A DNA stretch of 32,000 bases from Candidatus Jordarchaeales archaeon (GTDB taxonomy: Archaea > Asgardarchaeota > Jordiarchaeia > Jordiarchaeales > Freyrarchaeaceae). Shown in pieces: positions 19,836 through 27,564 of this stretch. Numbering within the stretch: the stretch's first letter is position 1; every line of letters starts with the position of its first letter. The stretch lies in contig JAWCFL010000001.1 in assembly GCA_038858525.1 (NCBI GenBank), forward strand, positions 90,001-122,000, given 5' to 3'. The position numbers were made by a program, and so were the translations under genes. The notes below the pieces were generated by a model. It did not search any database and had not been told where the DNA came from. It saw nothing but the letters and a program-made list of their open reading frames with translations.

Positions 19836-20030
19836 GGGGGCGTGGTCTAGGTATCGGTGGCTTGCCCTCCGATAGGAGAACTTGGTATGAACCCGATAGG
19901 TGCTCTCCTACCGGGGTGCAATACCCTCAAAGAGGGGCGTGAGTCCTGCCTGGGGCGCAGAGCAGTGTAGAACCACTTTCTGCACTGCTAGCGTAAGCGG
20001 TCCCGAGTTCAAGTCTCGGCGCCCCCACCA
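19836..20030 (+). tRNA. tRNA-Pro(GGG) with four non-canonical introns: 15/16 (19851-19880), 24/25 (19891-19921), 25/26 (19923-19943), 42/43 (19961-19996); CCA encoded
   Basis: Removing 30+31+21+36 nt leaves 74 nt plus CCA: GGGGGCG TG GTCT AGCTTGGTA TGAT T CCTGC CTGGGGC GCAGG CGGTC CCGAG TTCAAGT CTCGG CGCCCCC A; every intron folds as a hairpin. The third intron's boundary could slide by 1-3 nt. Confidence 0.9.
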
Positions 20031-20130
20031 AATTCAGAATTTTCGCGTTTTGACAAGGAAATTCTTTAAAGGAAAATTTTAAAGTGGACTTGGTAGGAGT
20101 TAGCTTAAAGAGGTTACGTGGTGAATTATT

Positions 20131-21168
20131 TTGGCTCGAACCGCCGTGATCTATCACTCAGAATATCTCAACCATGGTGTTGACGATCATCCCGAGAACA
20201 AGAGACGGTTAGAGGCTGTTATGCGATTTTTGGAGGAAGAGGGGGTTCTGAGAGCTCCTGAGGTGAAGGTACTAGAGCCTGAGAGGGCGGGTATTGAGGA
20301 GGTTATGCTTAATCATGACGTAGAGTATATTGAATATGTCCGCGCGCTTTCCGACATCGGAGGCATGCTTGACCCAGATACAGTAGTTACTAAGGGGAGT
20401 TACGAGGTTGCTTTGAGGGCTGTGGGGGGCGGAATACTGGCTGCTAGGGTTGTCGCTGAGGGAAAATTTGATAATGCTTTTGCCCTTGTTCGCCCACCAG
20501 GGCATCATGCAGAAAGGGGGAGTGGGCATGGGTTCTGCATATTTAACAATATAGCGATTGTCGCCCGTATCCTTCTTAAAGAGGGCTTTAAGCGGATAAT
20601 GATTGTGGACATAGACTGCCATCATGGAAATGGAACTCAGAATGCTTTTTATGAGTCCAGTGAGGTTCTCTATTTAAGCCTCCATCAGTGGGGTATCTAT
20701 CCAGGAACCGGCTGGCTAGAGGAAGTAGGATATGGAGAGGGGGAAGGATACACTGTTAATATTCCTCTTCCTTCTGGAACGGGGGACCAAGAGTATCTTT
20801 ACGCTCTTGAGGAGGTTATGATGCCGATAGTGGACGATTATAGGCCAGAGTTCATATTGGTTTCTGCTGGTTTCGACACTCATTACTCTGACCCGATAAC
20901 TTCGATGAAACTTACATCTGTTGGGCATCGTGAAGTGGCAGGCGTTCTTCTCGATGCTGCAAAGAAAAATGGCGGGAAAATCGTTTTCGTGCTTGAGGGA
21001 GGATATAGTCTTTCAGCTATACCAAAAAGCATAGCGAATATAATATGCCTTATTTCAGGGATAGACAGGTCATGGGATGACAAGAAAGTTGAGGGGGTGG
21101 GGTTAGATAGAGTAAAAAGGAGGGTTGAAGAGGTAAAGCAGGTTCTTAAATCGTACTGGAAATTTTAA
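20131..21168 (+). CDS. Zn-dependent histone deacetylase family protein (class II/AcuC-like)
   Basis: HPENKRRL, RPPGHHA, GFCIFNN, DIDCHHGNGTQ, YPGTG, SAGFDTH, LEGGY motifs. Confidence 0.96.
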   Translation: MARTAVIYHSEYLNHGVDDHPENKRRLEAVMRFLEEEGVLRAPEVKVLEPERAGIEEVMLNHDVEYIEYVRALSDIGGMLDPDTVVTKGSYEVALRAVGGGILAARVVAEGKFDNAFALVRPPGHHAERGSGHGFCIFNNIAIVARILLKEGFKRIMIVDIDCHHGNGTQNAFYESSEVLYLSLHQWGIYPGTGWLEEVGYGEGEGYTVNIPLPSGTGDQEYLYALEEVMMPIVDDYRPEFILVSAGFDTHYSDPITSMKLTSVGHREVAGVLLDAAKKNGGKIVFVLEGGYSLSAIPKSIANIICLISGIDRSWDDKKVEGVGLDRVKRRVEEVKQVLKSYWKF

Positions 21169-21188
21169 CAGGAAGGAGGGTAGCGTGC

Positions 21189-22382
21189 ATGAAGAAGTTT
21201 AAGATAGCGACAGAGGAGGAAATAAAGGCTGGTAAAACAACGGATGTTTATTTTTTAAGAACCATTGAGGTTTTAAAGAAAAATGGGCTTGATAGCGTAA
21301 ATGTGACGGCTGAGGTGACAACGGGTTCATTACCGAGGGGGTGGCCTTGGGCGGTACTGGCAGGCGTATCCGAAGTAGCGCACTTAATGGAGGGAAAAAA
21401 AGTTAATGTTTACTCGATGCCTGAGGGGACCATTTTTAAAGCAAGTGACTATGGAGGGTTTCGAGAACCCGTCATGTTTGTGGAGGGAGCTTATGGCGAG
21501 TTTGCCTTGTTTGAAACACCTTTGCTTGGACTCGTATGTCAGGCATCGGGTATTGCGACCTCAGCTGCGAGGCTGCGTAAACTGGCTCCAGACAAGATTA
21601 TTCTTTCCTTCGGAATCAGGCGTATGCACCCAGCAATCAGTCCACTGATCGATTACTGTTGCTATATAGGCGGGCTGGATGGTGTCTCTGGTGTTCTAGG
21701 AGCGGAAGAGCTGGGTATCCGGCCGAGCGGAACAATGCCTCACGCGCTCATAATAGTGTTTGGCGACCAGGTTAGAGCATGGAAGGCTTTTGATGAAGCT
21801 TTACCCGCTGATATCCCAAGAATAGCGTTATGTGATACGTGGTTTGATGAGAAGGCCGAGACAATAATGGCGGCTGAGGCGCTTGGAGGTAGACTTTGGG
21901 GTGTACGCCTGGACACTCCTAGTAGCAGGAGAGGAGACTTTGCGTCAATAGTAAGAGAGGTTAGATGGGAACTAAACTTGAGGGGATATACTAACGTTAA
22001 GATCCTTGTTTCAGGCGGTATAGGGGAAGAGGAAATAAAGCAGCTCAGCGATGCTGGGGTTGATGGGTTTGGTGTAGGGACATGGTGCAGCAATTCTCCG
22101 GTAATAGACTTCGCTTTGGATATTGTGGAAATTTCAAGAAAGCCTGTTGCGAAAAGAGGGAAGCTTGGAGGTAAAAAACAAGTTTGGAGATGCAAGAAGT
22201 GCTTTATTGATGTTGTAAAGCCAGCGAAGGATGAGGTGCCTCCAGAGTGCCCGAACTGCAAAACAAAAATGGAGGCAATGCTTCAACCCTTAGTTAAGAA
22301 TGGAGAAATAGTAGCAAAACTTCCATCACCCCAGGAAATTAGAAGGTACGTTCTAGACCAGCTATCCAGAGTGTCGATATAG
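21189..22382 (+). CDS. pncB: Nicotinate phosphoribosyltransferase, archaeal type
   Basis: GKTTDVYFLRT, FGIRRMHP, GTMPHAL, VRLDTPSSRRG, SGGI, FGVGT, C-terminal Zn ribbon. Confidence 0.93.
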   Translation: MKKFKIATEEEIKAGKTTDVYFLRTIEVLKKNGLDSVNVTAEVTTGSLPRGWPWAVLAGVSEVAHLMEGKKVNVYSMPEGTIFKASDYGGFREPVMFVEGAYGEFALFETPLLGLVCQASGIATSAARLRKLAPDKIILSFGIRRMHPAISPLIDYCCYIGGLDGVSGVLGAEELGIRPSGTMPHALIIVFGDQVRAWKAFDEALPADIPRIALCDTWFDEKAETIMAAEALGGRLWGVRLDTPSSRRGDFASIVREVRWELNLRGYTNVKILVSGGIGEEEIKQLSDAGVDGFGVGTWCSNSPVIDFALDIVEISRKPVAKRGKLGGKKQVWRCKKCFIDVVKPAKDEVPPECPNCKTKMEAMLQPLVKNGEIVAKLPSPQEIRRYVLDQLSRVSI

Positions 22383-22418
22383 GCAACCTAATTGAAACAA
22401 TAGGTTTTATGCTGACAT

Positions 22419-24586
22419 TTAGAACTCTGCCAATTTGACTCACTTTAATCTTCAAGTCTTTAATTCTTTCTTTTCCCCGCTAGAGACTTGATCCTTTATT
22501 TTTCTTGCCGTTTCAGGACCCTATTTTTGTAGGCTAGCTAGTTTTTCGAGGAAGATAGGTTTAAGTCATCAATGGAACGTACACTTGCATTAAACAGCAT
22601 CCTAGCTCTAACTTTGCCTACGCATTCAACTTCACGATGTCCAGTAACTCTTCTTTGATGCCATACCTTATCCCGTTCATGCATTTTTCCGAGAAAACGA
22701 ATTTTATCGGTCATGTCTAGTATATTTGCTATTTCACTTGCTGCATACGTCAACTATTCTGGCTATTTCGACTAAAGGATAAGTATCTCCCACACCGACA
22801 ACGAGAAAGTCCACTACTTCGTCCTTATCGACCTCACCTATCCACTCTTAGTAGAAAGGCGGTCTTGACCTCTAAAAAGGAGCCGTTCGTACTTCGCCGG
22901 ATCAGATTCATAGTTCGGTACTTCTGTCATGAAAAAGTCTTTGTTATTTTCTACAATCGTGGAAAACTGGTAATCCTTTTGTAAGGTAAAGCCGCAGCAT
23001 ATCCGGCGTGGTGCATAACAAGTATAGATAGTTTATTTCTAAGGGAGGCGGGAATCTTAAGCCGTTGATTATCTTAATCACGGATAATGGGTCTACGTAA
23101 ACTTCTGCAACACGCTTTCCTAGTGGGGATGCCGCTAAATTTCTGTCTGAGATTTTTTAGAAACCCGTTGTTCGAAAGAAACGTTAATACGTTCTTTATC
23201 GTTTTGGGAGTATCTTTATGTATCCGCCTTGCGGATAAGCGTAGAAACTTCCACTAAAGAGCTAAGAAGTTCTTCCTCGGCCATTTACATAGCCGGATAC
23301 CACTAGAGATAAAACGTGACATCTGAGAGCGTTCTCGGATGAAAGCTTGGACTCTACTCTTTCGTGGCTCCCCTTTCACGTAACGTTTCAAAAGAAGTGA
23401 TTTTCCTTAGTGTTTTTAGCTACTAAGATTGCTTCACCAACCACATCATATTTTAGTCTTCCAGCCCTACCAGCCATTTGCTTATAAACAGGTATAGGCG
23501 TTCATTCCACCTTCGGCTTCTTTTGTAATTTCTGATTATTACGTGTCTTGCTGGAAGGTTAACACCCGCAGCTAAAGTTGGCGTTGCACAAACTACTTTA
23601 ATCAGGTTTTCCTTTGAAGCCATGTTCTACTATTCTTCTTTGGGGAGTACTTAATCCAGCATGATGAAAAAGCTACGCCTTTTTCGATTGCCGATGTGAA
23701 CTTCTGAAATTTTGTTTTTCTCACCGCTAGCAACCAACTCCGCAATGATCTCTCTGAGGGAACGCTTCTCTTGCCTTGTAAGAAGGTGAGCGATGAAATA
23801 TTAGAGGAGGCGCTATCTACAGTCATTGATCCTCCCTAGTCGCCTCAAAAATGAGCGCTTGACAAGCGTTCTTAACGGTATTAGCAGCTAAATATACTGC
23901 GGCATCACTTGTACTCTCCTCAACAATAGAGGAGGTCCCATCGCTAAACTCGGTTGCTCATCAAAGAAAAAGCATTCCTTTAGTTGAACAGGACGCCAAT
24001 CACTAAATATATGAGCGCCGCCAATCCACCCGCTGATCTCGTCAGCGTTCTTTATTTTTGCGCTTAAAGCTAGGATTTGAGGAGAAGGAGCAAATTTTTC
24101 AGCCTAGTGAGAACTATTTCGAGCGTTGCACCACGGGAAGGGTCACTTAGAAGGTGCATTTCATCTGCAACCACAACATTGACCTTAGAAAAATGGATGA
24201 GTTTGCCTCATTAAAGCGTCAGCCATTTCGTTAATGCAAACTAATACGTCAAATTCCTCCAGCTCATACTTCACAGAGTCGTAGTCTCCCGTTGAAACTC
24301 CGACATTACCTAAGCTATTCCACTTCGAAAACTCCTGAAACTTCTCGTTCGCGATGGCACGTAGTAGAACCAAATAAAGAGCGCACCCACCTTCCAAGAC
24401 TTTCTTAATCATACAAAGCTCTGCTATGAGAGTCTTACCCAGCAGCAGTCAGCGCAAGCCAAAACAGCGTTCCGCCCATTAGGCACACAGCTTCTCACAG
24501 CAGCTTCTTGAGGCGAGTATAACTTCTTAATGCCATGTGTCTCTAAAGTCTTCAGGACGTTCGGGCAACAGCTCGTCAATAAGCAT
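22419..24586 (-). pseudogene. hel308: Degraded Hel308 (Ski2-like SF2) DNA helicase
   Basis: Motifs appear in order but split over several frames and stops: [103 protein letters not shown]. The 3' end is approximate. Confidence 0.9.
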
Positions 24587-24654
24587 CGAACCTCTCTCCG
24601 TTTAAACAAGTTATGTTCTCAGACAAGCGCGTTATCTCTCCTTGTGAATTTATC

Positions 24655-24661
24655 AAAGTCA
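24655..24661. repeat. Left target-site duplication AAAGTCA
   Basis: Identical 7-mer at 26024-26030; both abut the inverted-repeat ends directly. Confidence 0.8.
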
Positions 24662-24703
24662 CAGGCTGTCGAAAGATTCGACATCCTTAAATATGAGTCT
24701 TTC
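24662..24703 (+). repeat. Terminal inverted repeat, left copy
   Basis: Contains palindrome TGTCGAA-AGA-TTCGACA (24667-24683); inverted match to 25981-26023. Confidence 0.9.
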
Positions 24704-24724
24704 AGCTGTCGAATCTTCAGCCTC

Positions 24725-24850
24725 TCCGTTCCTGTCCATCCGCTTGTCCTCATCGCAAGGCTTGTTAGGGCGGACTTCATCCACATCATGGAGCTTTCAA
24801 GGGAGCCTGAAACTCCTCACATCCTGGAGGAATTTTCTAAGCAGATTTCT
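24725..24850 (-). ncRNA. Putative TnpB omegaRNA scaffold overlapping the tnpB 3' end (boundaries approximate)
   Basis: GATGTGAGGAGTTTCAGGCTCCCTTGAAAGCTCC resembles, from memory, the GA-rich structured tails of archaeal tnpB genes; omegaRNAs overlap tnpB 3' ends as a family rule. Not folded computationally. Confidence 0.45.
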
Positions 24851-25926
24851 ACACGCATCCATATGCCTATCTATTCCGCATTTCGGGAGCTCTGCTCTTT
24901 CGGCTTTATGATTGAGCCACATACCGAGCAGATTTTAGACGTTTCCTCCTATCAACATAAGAGGTTGTGGAGCCGTTGAGCAGATCTTTATACTCAACAT
25001 AGAACTGTAGCCTTCTTGTCGGCATGGCATTCCACAACCTTTTGAAACGCTTAGAGTTGATGGAGCATCTCTGAACCTTTCCCTTAAACTTGTTGTATCG
25101 CTTCCCTTTCTTATTCGTTGATTTTCTCATCCCCTTAAGGTCTTCAAAGACTATCGTGTAGCCTCTACATTTGTTAATTATAGCTTTAGATAGCTTGTGG
25201 AGGGCGTCTTTAATCTTGCCGCTCTCTCTTTTTTCCCATACTTTTTCATAAGCCATTTGTAGGTTTTTGTCCCTTTAGCAACTTTCATTTGGATTCGCTT
25301 TCTCTTTTCAAAGTATGCTGAACGTATCCTTTTCTTTTAATCTCGGAAGTATCAATGACGGAGGAGCCTCCATCGGTTGCCAGCGCCGTTATGTTTTCCT
25401 CGTTTATGTCCAATGCAATAGCTCCTTTAGGCTCTAAGAGGTTGACAACCCATTTAAAGGGTATGAGGACGTACTGCTCGTTTATTATGATTTCCCCAAT
25501 TTTTAGCTCTCCACGCTTCCATGCATCAACGAACTTCCTCTGGTAGCTTCCAAAAAGGAGCTTTAAATGGACAAGTTTTCTCGGCTTAACCGAAATCCTT
25601 ATGGTTTCACCATCAAACTTGTAGGCTAAGGGGGAAACCTTCACGAACAGACTCTTAACCTCTGGAACCTCTCCGCCTCTCTTCTTCCAAGCCTTAACGG
25701 CTCCAATTGCTACTCTGTAAGCCGTAACGTAAAAGCTGATTTGGTATGAATATTTACGTTTAAGCTCCACATATATGGCATCGTGAAGCGACTTTAGCGA
25801 CGTAGTCCTTAGTTTTACAAGTTTCTTTATGCAGGCATTAACAATTTCTTGATAATCAGAAAGCAACTTGTCTATCTCGGCGTTCTTCTATTTGAAGGGA
25901 ACTGACTGCACAACCTCTAAAGACAT
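24797..25926 (-). pseudogene. tnpB: TnpB RNA-guided nuclease, inactivated
   Basis: ATG 25926; TAG at codon 13; RuvC-I AIALDINEEN, RuvC-II IVFEDL, Zn finger TSKICSVCG...PKCG, RuvC-III DRHMDACRN; frameshifts near 25320, 25230, 24945 and 24890. Confidence 0.9.
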
Positions 25927-25980
25927 CAAAAATTTATCTTAGATAAAGTTTTATGAATCTTTCAGAAACATCGGCAAAAA

Positions 25981-26023
25981 GAACGACTTATATTTAAATG
26001 ATGTCGAATCTTTCGACAGCTTG
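25981..26023 (-). repeat. Terminal inverted repeat, right copy
   Basis: 26000-26020 is the exact reverse complement of 24665-24685. Confidence 0.9.
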
Positions 26024-26030
26024 AAAGTCA
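26024..26030. repeat. Right target-site duplication AAAGTCA
   Basis: Identical to 24655-24661. Confidence 0.8.
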
Positions 26031-26137
26031 AAAAGACTGTGTCTTCCCTGTTCTTAGGGAAAGATTAGTGAAATAGAAAAGGATATAAGGTTTCGTTTTT
26101 TAATGGCTCGGCAAATTAATGGTTTTGCGTGTGAAAA

Positions 26138-27547
26138 ATGAACAAAAAGGTTATTCTGCTGGATTCAACGCTTCGTGAAGGAGAGCAGACGCCGGGCGTA
26201 TCATTCACCATAGAGGAGAAACTTGAGATTGCGAAAATGCTGGACGAAGTTGGCGTCGGCATGATCGAAGCAGGGTCCCCCATGGTTTCGGAAGGAGTCA
26301 AAGAGGCTGTTAAAAGAATAGCAAATGAGTCGCTGAAAGCAGAGGTTATTGCTCACGTCAGAGCGGTTAAAGAAGACGTAGACTTAGCTCTTAATTGCGG
26401 AGTTGACCGAGTAGCCATCTTTATGGGGACGTCACCTATACATAGAAAAACGAAATTTAAGTTAAATGAAGAGGAAATTATTAAGAGAGTAATTGAAGCA
26501 GTTGAGTATGCTAAAGAGCATGGAGTTAAAGTGAGGTTTACCCCTGAGGATGCAACTAGGACTGAAAGGGAATACCTAGTTAGGATTTGCTCAGCAGCTA
26601 TAGAGGCGGGAGCAGACAGAATAAGCGTGGCGGATACAGTAGGAATAATGACCCCAGATAGTATGTATGAGCTTGTATCTTTTCTTTCCGAAAAGCTAAA
26701 GGGTGCAGGACTTGACGTGCACTGCCATAACGATCTAGGATTAGCTGTTGCCAACTCTCTCGCAGGAGTGAAGGCCGGAGCAAATGTGGTTCATGTTACG
26801 GTAAATGGGCTTGGAGAGAGAGCAGGCATAGCACCTCTTTCGGATGTAGCTGTTGCGTTAAAAGTATTAATGGGAATAGATCCCGGAATAAAGTTTCACA
26901 TGTTAACTGAGCTCTCAAGCATGGTTGAAAGATATAGTGGCGTATACCTTTCTCCTCACACCCCAATAGTTGGAAGTAACGCGTTTTCCCATAAAGCAGG
27001 AGTTCACGTAGCTGCCGTTCTAGCTGACCCGAGCACGTATGAAGCGTTTGACCCGTCAATCTTGGGAAGAAGCAGAAAAATAGTCGTAGATAGATATGCT
27101 GGAAAGCATGCTGTTAAAGCAAAGCTGGACGAGCTAGGAGTAGAAGTAAATGAGGAGCAACTGGAGAAAATAACTAGGAAGATAAAGGAGCTTTCAGATA
27201 AGAAAAAGCGCATAGAGAACGCTGACATTTTAGCTATAGCAGAAGAGGTGTTAGGACGAAACGTCAGAGGCGTAACGCCTGAAGGAGTTATGGGGATCGT
27301 CTTAGTGAAGGTCGAGTCGCATGTTTACACGACGAACATAATAAGAAGGATCATAAATATCCCCGGAGTGGAAAACGCATTTGAAGTGAGTGGGGAGTAC
27401 GACATAGTGGTTTACGTTCAAACAAGGAATATGAGCGAGTTGAACGAACGCATAGAGGCAATCAGAAGCGTAAGGGGAGTTGAAAGAACCACAACAAAGA
27501 TAGTGCTAAAGAGGTTCGACAGTCAAAATAAAATAATTTCGAAGTAA
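26138..27547 (+). CDS. Homocitrate synthase-like LeuA-family enzyme with a C-terminal Lrp/AsnC (RAM) regulatory domain
   Basis: DSTLREGEQTPG, HCHNDLGLAVAN, NGLGERAG, FSHKAGVH; C-terminal IPGVENAFEVSGEYDIVV...IRSVRGVERTTTKIVL is a RAM domain. Confidence 0.9.
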   Translation: MNKKVILLDSTLREGEQTPGVSFTIEEKLEIAKMLDEVGVGMIEAGSPMVSEGVKEAVKRIANESLKAEVIAHVRAVKEDVDLALNCGVDRVAIFMGTSPIHRKTKFKLNEEEIIKRVIEAVEYAKEHGVKVRFTPEDATRTEREYLVRICSAAIEAGADRISVADTVGIMTPDSMYELVSFLSEKLKGAGLDVHCHNDLGLAVANSLAGVKAGANVVHVTVNGLGERAGIAPLSDVAVALKVLMGIDPGIKFHMLTELSSMVERYSGVYLSPHTPIVGSNAFSHKAGVHVAAVLADPSTYEAFDPSILGRSRKIVVDRYAGKHAVKAKLDELGVEVNEEQLEKITRKIKELSDKKKRIENADILAIAEEVLGRNVRGVTPEGVMGIVLVKVESHVYTTNIIRRIINIPGVENAFEVSGEYDIVVYVQTRNMSELNERIEAIRSVRGVERTTTKIVLKRFDSQNKIISK

Positions 27548-27564
27548 AAATTACGATTTAACTT

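Larger units (their letters stand above)
24662..26023 (-). mobile_element. Non-autonomous TIR/TSD transposon (1362 bp) carrying tnpB as its only gene
   Basis: Ends CAGGCTGTCGAAAGATTCGACATC and (reverse complement) CAAGCTGTCGAAAGATTCGACATC, 23/24 identical and extending imperfectly to about 42 bp; 7-bp TSD; no tnpA or DDE ORF inside. Confidence 0.85.

Noticed and set aside
19830-20035. RNase P or SRP RNA, suggested by a long GC-rich multi-hairpin stretch
   Set aside because: Fully explained by tRNA-Pro plus four intron hairpins; no RNase P P4 or SRP helix-8 motif seen
19900-20157. ORFs 19900-20082 (+) and 19927-20157 (-)
   Set aside because: Translations of the tRNA-Pro gene and its antisense strand
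24530-24979. 149-aa plus-strand ORF across the tnpB end, TIR and hel308 start, as a possible transposase or accessory gene
   Set aside because: No DDE, HUH or serine-recombinase motif; it crosses the element boundary and is antisense to two recognisable pseudogenes
22419-25926. Sequencing error or programmed frameshifting as the cause of the broken hel308 and tnpB
   Set aside because: Lesions are numerous, include in-frame stops and are confined to these two genes, while all flanking genes are intact
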